A stretch of 64,000 bases of DNA, taken from NCBI GenBank assembly GCA_000165345.1, contig CM000429.1:384001-448000 (forward strand). The letters run 5' to 3'. How positions within the stretch are numbered: the first letter of the stretch is position 1; every line of letters starts with the position of its first letter. Positions 21,213 through 31,519 of the stretch are shown piece by piece. Below the pieces are notes generated by a model that worked only from the letters and a program-made list of their open reading frames with translations, was not told the origin of the DNA and made no database searches. The translations under genes were made by a program, and so were the position numbers.

Positions 21213-22139
21213 CTAATTATATGTATGGATACTAGGTCTCAAATGGCCACCATCACCTAGGCCACTGCAAATAACAAGGCTATCTGTTGAGATAGACATT
21301 CTAGTTACGCCACAGTTCAAGTGATTTAATCTAAGCCAACCGCTTGTGGGGTACTGGAGTCCCTTGCAAAACATGTATCGAATTACATTACCATGGCAAA
21401 CAATAATGTCTACATTATCTCCAAATGACTTTCCATTCTTAGAGAAGTATGTGTTAAATGCGTTATCTATTCTTTCCTTATCTTTTACAATCTCTCCTAT
21501 AGTTGGTTTAAATCCGCTGACAGAAGGGCTGGGAGCAATTGGAACTCCTTCTGCCAGATTGGGATCTTCGATCAACTTTACTCCAGGAAAGTATTTTGAA
21601 ATTATTGTTGCTGTTTCCTTAGCCCTTGTTAAATTCGAGTGATAAATTGCATTTACCTTTTCTCCATACTGTTGCGAAAGATATTTGCCAGTTTCTTCCG
21701 CCTGTTCTTTCCCAAGATCGGTTAGTACCTTCTCTTCATCTTTTGCAGCAGACGTTATATACTGGGCATGTCTAACTAGTATATTTTGGTGCCACTTGCG
21801 TGCATTATCACTTACAACCTTACCATTTCTCTTGTTTTCATGTTTATAATTACCATCCCAATTTGGATTCCAATTAATTGAATCTTTCAAATAGTAACCA
21901 AAATTCACAAAAGAGTAAATGGTTACTATGCCACTTAATATTATTGATGATGTGGAAAACTTTGCAAACCTATACAGCTTGGATGAAGCAAGTGTTTTTT
22001 TATTGAATAAAAAAGAAAAGTTCATTTTTCTTTCTTTCAACTGAAAGTTATTTGCTCTTGCTAAAAATGAGTATTTCCTAAGGGAACTAAAAATAGATGC
22101 TAGCATTGCTAATGAAAAATTTGTTAAATTGGTTAGCAA
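21213..22139 (-). CDS. Histidine phosphatase of the phosphoglycerate-mutase superfamily, PGAM5-like, with an N-terminal membrane anchor
   Basis: LVRHAQY (the RHxQ catalytic-His motif) sits after two N-terminal hydrophobic segments. Conserved HSNLTRAKETA and C-terminal HGNVIRY motifs are present. Confidence 0.8.
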   Translation of the reverse strand: MLTNLTNFSLAMLASIFSSLRKYSFLARANNFQLKERKMNFSFLFNKKTLASSKLYRFAKFSTSSIILSGIVTIYSFVNFGYYLKDSINWNPNWDGNYKHENKRNGKVVSDNARKWHQNILVRHAQYITSAAKDEEKVLTDLGKEQAEETGKYLSQQYGEKVNAIYHSNLTRAKETATIISKYFPGVKLIEDPNLAEGVPIAPSPSVSGFKPTIGEIVKDKERIDNAFNTYFSKNGKSFGDNVDIIVCHGNVIRYMFCKGLQYPTSGWLRLNHLNCGVTRMSISTDSLVICSGLGDGGHLRPSIHTYN

Positions 22140-22232
22140 ATAAAACTCTTAAGTTTAAATAGCGCTAGTAACGATACCTCACAAATTGAGCGGTTCTAAT
22201 TTTCTTTTCTATAACTTTATTTAAGTAACAAA

Positions 22233-25200
22233 ATGAGAGAGCAAATTCAAAAATTGGTAGAAAACCTTGAGGAAATTGGAAGCGATTATAATACTCTAAT
22301 CGGCGCTTTGGATGTACTATTAAAAGTTCAGTATGAACAATCTATTAATAAATCTGCTTTGGAACTGTATGATGTCATATTAAGACTTGTCAGAGAAACA
22401 GATTATTTGAAGTTTCAAAAAAAGTTTCTCTGTTACATTTACATATTAAAACTCATATCTAAACGTATAAAACTCTCCCTCAGAGAACTATTTTTAGAGG
22501 ATTTTTTAATTAATTTTCCCAAAATAAAATGTAAAATAATCAAAGATCAAATCAATGAAATCATTTTCAATGTTTTATGTTCAAATTTTTCAGAATTTGA
22601 CATAGTTATAAATAAATGGCGAAGTTTGTTTAACGAAGTATATGAAGACAAATGTGGATTTGAATCATTAACTGAATTAATTTTTTATATTTGTTATAAA
22701 ATGCAATTTGAGCCTGAATTTAATTTACCATTCAACACAATTATTTATAAAATCATTCAGAATTTTTCCGAGGTTTATGAAAATGATGGTTCTATTTTCT
22801 TGATCAATTCATTTGTTTCCAAGCTGGAATATTCTCAAAATTTATTATTCCCAATGTTTTTAAATCGTGATTTCGTAGATCAGGCAAGTAAGCTTATTGG
22901 AAATATGATTAAATTATTCGAGAGTAATATAAATATAAAAGTATTTGTTTTTACTTTAAGAATTCCTGGCTTAATCGAATGTTTTATTTCTAATGGATAT
23001 ATTTTTGGCTATAATAAATTCACAAAATCCTTAATTCAAGGAATCACTAGCAAAGATTTTGAAATAAGAAAAAGTACAAGGTTTATATTGGAAAAGTTAG
23101 AAACATTATTAATAGAGAAAAATCTTAATAATTTCAATGCTACTGATAAAAACCATCATTTAAACAACGTAAAATCATTTATCTGTATTTTAGATTGCTA
23201 TGAAAATTTCAGTATTCACTTATTAAAAACTAATTGGGATAAATTTGAAAAATTATTGTTCGATCTTCAAAATTTAGAAAAGGAGTGGTGGATAGATTGC
23301 TTAATAGAAATTGGGCTCAATCATGAGAATTTGAACGTTCGGAAATTTGTCGCTTTTAATACTATTAACCTTGCAATTAAGAATCCCAAGAATTTACCCA
23401 ACTGGATAAAGCGCAATACATTTTTTAATGAATATTTAAGATATATTGTTTCATCACTTAACAATAAAATCAGCCTTCAGATAGAAGAGCTTTTCCTGAA
23501 ATTTATTTATTGCGTACTAAGGGTCAAGATTGAATGGATTAATGAGTATTTGAAATACATTGCATGCAATATCAAAGCCTTTACGCCAATTCGTGTTTTA
23601 ATTTACCCTTTAACAATCGGTACAAGGAATAACTTATATCTTTTCAATGATTCCATGAATATATCAGAAGGAACTAATGTTACTAAGATTGAGAGTTTGT
23701 TCCATAACTTTAATTCATGTAATATTAAAACAAATGTATCGAAAGATATAGCCAACAAATATTCTTTTCAAGAACACAAAGATTTCGAAGAATCTATTAT
23801 TATCCCAAAAGAATTATTTACTAAAGTTCTTGATATTTCGATACCAATCATTAAATTTGTTCCAATATTATTGAGACGTGAAGTTTATTCCAAATGGTTA
23901 GAAATTATCTTAAATTATTTTGTTTGTAACGAATTTTCTACGGATGAATTAATAAAAAATCTTATTTTATTTTTGGGGATAATCCCTGAATACTTGTTTT
24001 CTACAAATGAGATTTATGCAGTTATATATAATAATATTATAAAACATAAATTGGTTATAAATTCTTGTTTTGATCCTGAAATATTAACTTCATCAAAAAC
24101 ATGGTTTAATATATTTCAATTAGGAGTTGGGTTTGGGAGGCTAAAACAAATCTTTGGATCTTTTAGCGATTCGAGTCTAATAATTAAAAGTCATGTTGTA
24201 TTTGTTTCTTCATATTATAATTGCGAAGAAATGTATAATTTAAATAGTAGTATGAATGACAAGATAATTGAGATTTCCGAAAAAATGAAAATTTTGTTCG
24301 AAAACTCTGATGGAAATAATTTTATTGATATCGACTTGCTTTGGCTTGATATTCACTTGTTATCAATATTAAAAGGTGATTCCTATAATTTTTATCTGGA
24401 AAAATTATGGAATTGGTGCATTTTAGTAATAAGCGATATTGACACACTTTTAAATAGAATAAAATCAAATATTAATTCACAGATTTCTTTTGCAATGATA
24501 TTAAAGTGTCTGATTTATTTGCAAAAAGTTGGAAAATATTCATCGATACAGAATATTTTTGACATTGTTAATAATTTATTGTTAATAAGCAATAAAATGT
24601 TATCAAATTTGTTAATGAACAACCAAAATTTAATTATTTGGGATAAAGCCAGAAGAACGAATTTTTTATACGATATAATTGATATACATTCCATAAGCAA
24701 TGACAAATATTGCATAATACAATCATCATTTTTAACGTTAGGCTTTCCAGAAAATTACTCGAGTAAATATAATAATATTATTAGGGGGAACAGACTTGTT
24801 CAATTATTCCCTTCAAATTACCGTGATTTTTTTAATCTTATATCTCAATTAAAGTTTCAGTTAGTTAATTTAATTATTTCAAAAAATGCAGATGAAGCTT
24901 TCAGTTTAGTAGAAAATGATATTTATTATTATTCTATAAGCTTAAAAGTCTCTGGAGATAATTTTTTGTATGCAAAGGGATCTCTTTCAGATTGGTTCAA
25001 ACACATCACAGAAATATTGTTTTATGAGATTGAACACTGTGGCTTTGATAGTTTTTATATATGGTTATTAATGGAACAATTGCTTGGCTTTGTTTGCATT
25101 GAAAATTATTATAATTTTGAAGAAAACTTCATTTCTCAACTCTTGAATAAAATATTTGAATTAATAATTAAAAATTGCGATGAATTGATAGATAATGGAA

Positions 25201-27659
25201 TCTATAGAAATAATTTATTCACAATTTTTAATTCAATTTTGACAAAAAAAGAATACACAATATTGTTTGAAAGACATTACTTGATAAATAAGGTGGCCAA
25301 CCATTTTTACTCTTGTATTAAATTAAATAACGGCAATGTACGGTTTTTTATTTTCCCTTTATTGGATTTAATCAAAAACTATATTGAAAGTTGCAATGAA
25401 GATATTTTTGAAGAATCTCTTAAATATTCAAGAAACATGATTCAAATCGATTCAGAAAGTCTTAGTAATATTATTATATTTGCAAATATTTTAGTTGAAT
25501 TGATCGTTTTTGAAGAGCAAGGGTTAATTGACGGAAGCAAAGTGAGATTTCAAGAATTTTCTATAGAGAATAATGTTGGAATAAGTGAAATGATTGATAT
25601 TTATAGAAGATGTAAGATATATGAGGATAGTGGTAGTTTTTTAAGACATGTAACAATTATTTATCTGTCAAATCTTATCGAAGATTCGAATTCGAAAAAA
25701 CATGATTCGTTAATAAAATTCATCTCAATGATAATTATTTTATTGACAAAAAAATTAGAAGGTGCTATTCCAGCGTCAGTTCAAGATAAGCTGGCTTTAA
25801 CAAATATTCAAGTAAATACAACTGATTTAAATATTTCAAATTGCTTTTTAATTAATGAAGCCGAAAATAGTTTCAAAAATGCAAAAAAATTCCCTCCCTT
25901 GCCAAATAGCAACCATCATAAATTTCTAATTAATATTTGGCAGTCGATTTGTTGTTTAATAAATATTTTAAATTCAAGCGAAGACAAATTTGTTAATTAT
26001 TTGATTGGATTCTACTTCAAGCATCTACAATACCTTTATAATCCAGATGTTAGGCAGTATATTGATATGTTTGGCTGCAATATTGTCGTATATTTTCCAA
26101 AAAAGTGCATTGAGTACATTATTGAAGGCCTTTCAAACAATATTAACAATCATACGCAAGTAATTTATTCTTATCTTTGCATTTCAAGCTATTTGATACA
26201 TTTTTTGAAAGATGTTTCTCCTCTGCCATTTAACGATAACTCTGAAACGGAAGTAATTAGCGATATTTTTGCTTTTGAAGGAGATTTATGGATTAAAATA
26301 AATATTGAATTTCTTGATAAGTACGTTTCGTTCTTTAATTTGTTTGCCAGCTATTCAATATCAAACTCATCCCTTTTGAGAAATGTTGTTCTATATACAT
26401 TATATGATGCATATAATAATAATTACGTTTTTGAAATTTTACAAAGGTCTTTTGAAAGTTACTTCTCTTCAGACACTGAAAATATTCATTCATTAGCGAT
26501 TGATTTTAAAAGTGCCCTCAAAATTGAAGAAACTAAGGCTAAAATAGAGATAATTCGAAATTCAAGATATTATGCGAGTAATAAGCTAGATACTTCCAAA
26601 CAAATATTTTTACTTAATTTATTTATTTTAGAAGAATCAAAATATATGAGAACTTTAGTTAATAGTATTTTCAATAATCATGATATCTTGAAGATGCTAA
26701 AGAATTTATCAATAGTTTGGACTATTTGGAAACCAATTAAATATTGTGCAGTAGAAAATATTATTCCGCGAGATAATTTGGTAGAGTTCTCGGATCAAAA
26801 GGAATCCCAAAATTTCTTTAATTGTTCATCATGCTTAGATTCAATATTAGGCAAATTGGATGGCAGTACCGATATTTATGAAACCAACTTTGAAAAGGAG
26901 CTACTTGCAATGCAAGATAAATGCGAAACATACATATTGAACTCCCATTTGATATTTGGAGATCTTAGACCCTCGTGGAGTCTCTACTATCTACTGAAGA
27001 AAATCATATGCAAAGAGATGAGCGGATACTACGCACAAGAAAAAGAAGAGAAAGAAGAGCATAACGCAATAGAAATTCAGAGGTCTCATAACTACCAACT
27101 AAAATTCGAACCTCCACACTACGATAGCCTCATTTCCGGTGAGCCAAGATCAAGGAGGTCGGATAACCGGCTGTTAAATAGATCAGGGCTAATAGTAATA
27201 GGAAGCCTTGTTGACAAAGTTCCAAATATAGCAGGAATAACTAGGACCTGCGAGGTCTTCCGCGCCAATGAGTTACTGTTGAGCAGCAAGAAAGTTATGA
27301 ACGACCCTATTTTCAGACAAATCTCTGTTACAGCAGAGAAATGGCTGCCAATAAACGAGCTGGAACCTACAAAGATCAAAGAATACGTTCAGAGGAAGCG
27401 GATGGAAGGATACAAGATATTTGGATTGGAGCAAACGTCCTCTAGTATTTCCATTAAAGGATGCGTCTTCCCAGAAAAGTCTGTTTTGATTTTAGGGAAA
27501 GAGAAAGAAGGTATACCCTCTGAAATTGTTTCGATTGTGGATCAGTGCATTGAAATCCCTCAATATGGGATAATAAGATCGCTTAATGTTCACGTATCAG
27601 CTTCAATCTTTATATATGAGTACACAACTCAATTTATGCAAAGCTTATCGATTAATTAA
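22233..27659 (+). CDS. TARBP1/Trm3-like large protein with a C-terminal SpoU/TrmH 2'-O-ribose RNA methyltransferase domain (1808 aa)
   Basis: The C-terminal 160 aa carry the three SpoU motifs (GLIVIGSL...; IFGLEQTS...ILGKEKEGIPSEI; IPQYGIIRSLNVHVSASIFIYEY). The roughly 1600-aa N-terminal region is helical-repeat-like, as in Trm3/TARBP1. Confidence 0.85.
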   Translation: MREQIQKLVENLEEIGSDYNTLIGALDVLLKVQYEQSINKSALELYDVILRLVRETDYLKFQKKFLCYIYILKLISKRIKLSLRELFLEDFLINFPKIKCKIIKDQINEIIFNVLCSNFSEFDIVINKWRSLFNEVYEDKCGFESLTELIFYICYKMQFEPEFNLPFNTIIYKIIQNFSEVYENDGSIFLINSFVSKLEYSQNLLFPMFLNRDFVDQASKLIGNMIKLFESNINIKVFVFTLRIPGLIECFISNGYIFGYNKFTKSLIQGITSKDFEIRKSTRFILEKLETLLIEKNLNNFNATDKNHHLNNVKSFICILDCYENFSIHLLKTNWDKFEKLLFDLQNLEKEWWIDCLIEIGLNHENLNVRKFVAFNTINLAIKNPKNLPNWIKRNTFFNEYLRYIVSSLNNKISLQIEELFLKFIYCVLRVKIEWINEYLKYIACNIKAFTPIRVLIYPLTIGTRNNLYLFNDSMNISEGTNVTKIESLFHNFNSCNIKTNVSKDIANKYSFQEHKDFEESIIIPKELFTKVLDISIPIIKFVPILLRREVYSKWLEIILNYFVCNEFSTDELIKNLILFLGIIPEYLFSTNEIYAVIYNNIIKHKLVINSCFDPEILTSSKTWFNIFQLGVGFGRLKQIFGSFSDSSLIIKSHVVFVSSYYNCEEMYNLNSSMNDKIIEISEKMKILFENSDGNNFIDIDLLWLDIHLLSILKGDSYNFYLEKLWNWCILVISDIDTLLNRIKSNINSQISFAMILKCLIYLQKVGKYSSIQNIFDIVNNLLLISNKMLSNLLMNNQNLIIWDKARRTNFLYDIIDIHSISNDKYCIIQSSFLTLGFPENYSSKYNNIIRGNRLVQLFPSNYRDFFNLISQLKFQLVNLIISKNADEAFSLVENDIYYYSISLKVSGDNFLYAKGSLSDWFKHITEILFYEIEHCGFDSFYIWLLMEQLLGFVCIENYYNFEENFISQLLNKIFELIIKNCDELIDNGIYRNNLFTIFNSILTKKEYTILFERHYLINKVANHFYSCIKLNNGNVRFFIFPLLDLIKNYIESCNEDIFEESLKYSRNMIQIDSESLSNIIIFANILVELIVFEEQGLIDGSKVRFQEFSIENNVGISEMIDIYRRCKIYEDSGSFLRHVTIIYLSNLIEDSNSKKHDSLIKFISMIIILLTKKLEGAIPASVQDKLALTNIQVNTTDLNISNCFLINEAENSFKNAKKFPPLPNSNHHKFLINIWQSICCLINILNSSEDKFVNYLIGFYFKHLQYLYNPDVRQYIDMFGCNIVVYFPKKCIEYIIEGLSNNINNHTQVIYSYLCISSYLIHFLKDVSPLPFNDNSETEVISDIFAFEGDLWIKINIEFLDKYVSFFNLFASYSISNSSLLRNVVLYTLYDAYNNNYVFEILQRSFESYFSSDTENIHSLAIDFKSALKIEETKAKIEIIRNSRYYASNKLDTSKQIFLLNLFILEESKYMRTLVNSIFNNHDILKMLKNLSIVWTIWKPIKYCAVENIIPRDNLVEFSDQKESQNFFNCSSCLDSILGKLDGSTDIYETNFEKELLAMQDKCETYILNSHLIFGDLRPSWSLYYLLKKIICKEMSGYYAQEKEEKEEHNAIEIQRSHNYQLKFEPPHYDSLISGEPRSRRSDNRLLNRSGLIVIGSLVDKVPNIAGITRTCEVFRANELLLSSKKVMNDPIFRQISVTAEKWLPINELEPTKIKEYVQRKRMEGYKIFGLEQTSSSISIKGCVFPEKSVLILGKEKEGIPSEIVSIVDQCIEIPQYGIIRSLNVHVSASIFIYEYTTQFMQSLSIN

Positions 27660-28905
27660 GTTTCTTTTTGCTACATTCTGCCTCGCAGTACTCACCAATT
27701 AAACTAGAAAAACTAGTTTCTGGGGAGAACGTTTGGACAGCCCTAGAAACATAAGAAACTGCAGGGGTTGAACCCATAGCTGCGATAGGAAAACCGACTT
27801 TAGACATTATCTCCAAGTCATTTTCACCGTCACCCAAATATGCTACTTGGTGGAATTTGAGTTTGAGTTTCTTCAAGATGAGTCTAGCACCATTCAGCTT
27901 GGAGGCGTTTTGAGGGACAATTTCCAATACATTTGGTACTGACCTGTAGATTTTGCAGCCAAACATTTTGACAAACGTCTCCAAATGCTCTCTTAAATGA
28001 AGGAGCACATCAGGGTCCTCCACTATGACAATCTTGAATATTCCCTTAATCTTTTCACCTTCTCTTGGTTCCAAAAATTTAGACAAGTTAACACCCTTAT
28101 GAACCATGCTATCAATCTCTTGGCTCATATACTCCTTCATGTTTTCGCCCTCAAATCCATCAACGAATAGGCCATTAGAGTTCTCAATTGCGATGTTCAA
28201 TAGACGTAGCGAATCAGCAGATTCGTCATCCTTCTCTTCATTATTAGAAATCTTTGCATACTTAGAATTTCCGTTTCTATTTGATTCAAATCTTAAAGAC
28301 TTTTCATTAGATACTGCAAATTTCTTAACATACTTAACAATTTCCAATGCATCTTCGGAATTAATCCTGGTTTCGTATAATACATCCTTAATGCCACCTG
28401 GACCAAAGACAAGAGCACCATTGTAATATACTCCTGGAAATCCGGTAAATACAGAGTTCTTAAGACCGTTTGTAATAAACTTCAATGAGCTAGTGTATGA
28501 TTTACCAGTAGCAGGGAAAAATTTAATATTAGATGAGAGAATGTCTCCGAAAATCATTGAATTTGATTCAGCAATATAGCTCGAACCAACTCCAGCTAAT
28601 GAACCATCCAAGTCAGAAATAATACAATTGAAAGAACAATTATATTTTCTCTGCTCCTTCTTTGCACGCAAGCTTCTATGCACAGACATGTTAAGATCAA
28701 GTACTTCAAACGGCAAGACTAGAGGGGTATATGAAGCATTGAAGTACGTAAAATTTGACATGATTTCCATCGAGCTATTTTTATCCAATTCAGTTATGTT
28801 CCCATTGCTATTTTCCAGAATAACATCCTGAGATCTTGTATCCTTGATGAGGGCAAATGCAAGAACAATAGTTGAAACTAGGGCTTTCTTAATCATTTTA
28901 AACAA
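27652..28905 (-). CDS. Secreted HAD-superfamily phosphatase, Cof-type (417 aa)
   Basis: N-terminal signal peptide (MIKKALVSTIVLAFALIKDTRSQ). HAD motif I DxD (IISDLDGSLAG) and motif IV GDGxND (YLGDGENDLEIM) are present. The CDS stop overlaps the convergent TARBP1-like CDS by 8 nt. Confidence 0.8.
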   Translation of the reverse strand: MFKMIKKALVSTIVLAFALIKDTRSQDVILENSNGNITELDKNSSMEIMSNFTYFNASYTPLVLPFEVLDLNMSVHRSLRAKKEQRKYNCSFNCIISDLDGSLAGVGSSYIAESNSMIFGDILSSNIKFFPATGKSYTSSLKFITNGLKNSVFTGFPGVYYNGALVFGPGGIKDVLYETRINSEDALEIVKYVKKFAVSNEKSLRFESNRNGNSKYAKISNNEEKDDESADSLRLLNIAIENSNGLFVDGFEGENMKEYMSQEIDSMVHKGVNLSKFLEPREGEKIKGIFKIVIVEDPDVLLHLREHLETFVKMFGCKIYRSVPNVLEIVPQNASKLNGARLILKKLKLKFHQVAYLGDGENDLEIMSKVGFPIAAMGSTPAVSYVSRAVQTFSPETSFSSLIGEYCEAECSKKKLN

Positions 28906-28968
28906 ATTTTAAATCACTTACACAAAATAATCAAAGTGATAGTTACGTGGAGAAAGCTTGATGTCTTC

Positions 28969-28983
28969 GGGGGGGGGGGGGGG
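28969..28983. repeat. G15 homopolymer (C15 on the minus strand) followed by AAGGGAG, in the intergenic region between the HAD phosphatase and DDRGK1 genes
   Basis: Direct read. This is the only long G/C homopolymer in an AT-rich window. Confidence 0.9.
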
Positions 28984-29032
28984 AAGGGAGTGTTGTCTTT
29001 GAAAATCGTGGGAGCCCGCAACAATAAATATA

Positions 29033-29818
29033 TTACATGGCTATTACATCATTGCAAATTAATGTAAGGTCTTTTGACTTAGATATTTTTCCGTTTTTGT
29101 TAATACAAAAGTTAATGCCTTCCCACTCCTGTTCGCTTATAAATATATATTGCCCTTTGTCTGTAATTACTCCATCTATGATTTTTTGCTCCTCAAGCTG
29201 GTTAATTCTGGAAATGACGTCTTCAATGCTTATATTAAATTCAACGCTTAAATCGTTGATATTAGTGATCTTTTCCCTAGTTATCGCATTTATAAATTTG
29301 CTTAGATTTTCATATTCACTGTTGAGATCTTCATCTCCGAATTCGAATTCATTACCAGTTTCATCAATATTTATCTTGAGCTTCCATTTCTCGTATTCTT
29401 TTTGTTCACATATTAGCGCTTTTTTCCTCTCAGACAGCTTTTCAAGAACTTTTTTGTTAATTTTATTTTCATGAAGCTCACATTTCACTGCCTTTAGCCT
29501 TTGTTTAGCTTCATACGCCTCTCTTCTGTGTTTTCTTGCTTGTTTAGCGTTTATCAACTGCTTGCTCGCAAGCTCTTCAATTCTAATTTTTCTTTTTAAA
29601 CTATTATTGAGTTTTTGGTTGTCTGTTGTATTAATTGTTGTTAAAATCTCATGGCCTCGAGTACTACCTTCATTTTGAGAAGATGTAAGATTGCTGCCCC
29701 ATATCCACTTAGTGATGTAATAATTAACAAGTAAAAATGATAAAAAAGAGCAAGCTATCCATACATAGTCCTTCTTGCTAAGAGAAAAAATAATTTCTTT
29801 AAGCAAATGTTCAGCCAT
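29033..29818 (-). CDS. DDRGK1: DDRGK domain-containing protein 1 (UFBP1) homologue, the ER-anchored UFM1-system adaptor
   Basis: N-terminal TM helix, then a charged coiled-coil region, then a C-terminal winged-helix block LSVEFNISIEDVISRINQLEEQKIIDGVITDKGQYIFISEQEW. This aligns to the DDRGK1 signature (...[31 protein letters not shown]...). Confidence 0.75.
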   Translation of the reverse strand: MAEHLLKEIIFSLSKKDYVWIACSFLSFLLVNYYITKWIWGSNLTSSQNEGSTRGHEILTTINTTDNQKLNNSLKRKIRIEELASKQLINAKQARKHRREAYEAKQRLKAVKCELHENKINKKVLEKLSERKKALICEQKEYEKWKLKINIDETGNEFEFGDEDLNSEYENLSKFINAITREKITNINDLSVEFNISIEDVISRINQLEEQKIIDGVITDKGQYIFISEQEWEGINFCINKNGKISKSKDLTLICNDVIAM

Positions 29819-29980
29819 ATATTTATCTTAGTAATATATCTATTTTTTATACGAAATAACCCTAAGTCTAAATATAGTGATACCGACTTTTTTTCTTCAA
29901 AATTGACGTGTCAAAATGGGCGCTACCTTAGTGTGCACACACAAATAACCTACTTACTCAAAATATGAGTTTCGAACTAC

Positions 29981-31519
29981 ATGATATTAAAAAATATGCA
30001 TCTAAGTAAGAATATAATTTCAAGAAAAAGTGCCAAGCTTCAGTTTTACCGTTTTTCAAAGCTCTGGCATAGCGAAGTAATATTTAAAACAGTTATAGTG
30101 GCATTACTAATTGTAATAAACATTATATTATTGATATATACATTGATAAAGATTGATGGAAATAAATGTGATGATTTCTTAGCTTTATTTGGGTGGATGC
30201 TATTACTTTTATATTGTGGAGTCTTAATTGATATTGAGTCTTCCAGAAGTTTGAAAATTTGTCTTTCAATTTTAATTCTTATTAATTTAGTGTGCATTGA
30301 GAAAAACATTTTAATGGTTGGAATTACAATTGACTTTTTAAATTTAGGAGTTCTCTGGCCTATTTTTAAGTATGGAGAAATACGTTTAGATTCAGAGGAA
30401 TATTATGAAGATGAATATATTCTGCCATTAATTGACAGTAGTAAGAAGTTATTAAATGTATACTATGAACTTTGGAGAAGAAATAGCTATGGAGGAATTA
30501 AAAGCTACAATGGGCTACTTGTAACTAGATGCGTAATAATGTCTTGTATATTCCTTTGTATTTTATTATTTAATACAGTTGATAAATACACTAATTTTGG
30601 CAAAAACAAATTTACAGAATTGCAAAACATAATCTATTTAAGAAGTACACAAATTATATCAAAAACCGAATCTATTGATAAAATATCCAAAATTGGAGGT
30701 AACGGTATATTTATAGCACAAATCATGATTATTACTTTAGCTGTGTTGCTAAAGCCGGTCTTATCAAAACTTGTTAATTTAATAATAGTATTCAAGAATA
30801 AATGCATATTAACGCTAAAAAGCAATGAAATGAGTGATGGGAAAGTAAAGCAAATAGTTAAATTTAATGATTACGAGTTTAATCATCAAAATTTGGATAT
30901 TGAATCTAACAAACAGAATGCTTTTATTAATCAGAATAAATTGCTCAATAGTTGTATATTTTTTTTTTCCGTATTTCTATTTGGAATAATAACATGTGAA
31001 AATAGGGAATTTGATATAATTTCAAGGATGTTTTTGATTGAACAAGATAAGACAATTGTGCTATGCATTTTATTGCCCTTAATTGGCTTGCTAACTGAAA
31101 TTTCTACGTTCAGAGATTGGTGTTGGTACTTCATTTTCTCATGGGTTATATATTGTTTTAATATTTGGTCAGATAATTCAATGGTAAAGAGTATCGCTAG
31201 TATACTTTCAGGAGTGCTCTTCAACATATCGGCGATATTATTTGTTATAAATCAGACAAAAAACTCAAGTAATAATAATAAAGTTCGGGAATATATTCTT
31301 ACAAGTTATATTTTTCAAAAGATGTGTTATTTTTTGGGGTGTAGTATGTCGAAAAAAGTTTTTTCAAGTCATGAAAGTAGCATTATAAAAAATATATATT
31401 TAATCATCACAAATATTATAATAATTTTTAACTTATATTTTCTTCTTTATTTTAGTTCGAGTCGAGAAATAGCTTCTAAGCAAGACGACAATGAAATTGA
31501 GTGGGATGTAGTATATTAG
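29981..31519 (+). CDS. Hypothetical multi-pass membrane protein (512 aa)
   Basis: A long ORF with at least 8 predicted hydrophobic helices and no recognisable family motif. Its stop codon directly abuts the stop of the convergent CDC50 gene. Confidence 0.6.
   Translation: MILKNMHLSKNIISRKSAKLQFYRFSKLWHSEVIFKTVIVALLIVINIILLIYTLIKIDGNKCDDFLALFGWMLLLLYCGVLIDIESSRSLKICLSILILINLVCIEKNILMVGITIDFLNLGVLWPIFKYGEIRLDSEEYYEDEYILPLIDSSKKLLNVYYELWRRNSYGGIKSYNGLLVTRCVIMSCIFLCILLFNTVDKYTNFGKNKFTELQNIIYLRSTQIISKTESIDKISKIGGNGIFIAQIMIITLAVLLKPVLSKLVNLIIVFKNKCILTLKSNEMSDGKVKQIVKFNDYEFNHQNLDIESNKQNAFINQNKLLNSCIFFFSVFLFGIITCENREFDIISRMFLIEQDKTIVLCILLPLIGLLTEISTFRDWCWYFIFSWVIYCFNIWSDNSMVKSIASILSGVLFNISAILFVINQTKNSSNNNKVREYILTSYIFQKMCYFLGCSMSKKVFSSHESSIIKNIYLIITNIIIIFNLYFLLYFSSSREIASKQDDNEIEWDVVY

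Noticed and set aside
21346-21642. 98-aa plus-strand ORF
   Set aside because: Antisense to the PGAM5-like CDS, whose catalytic motifs are clear on the minus strand.
28969-28983. G15 run as a telomere-like or rDNA-derived repeat
   Set aside because: It is a single tract with no tandem unit structure and lies between two ordinary single-copy genes. It is kept only as a structural or polymorphic oddity.
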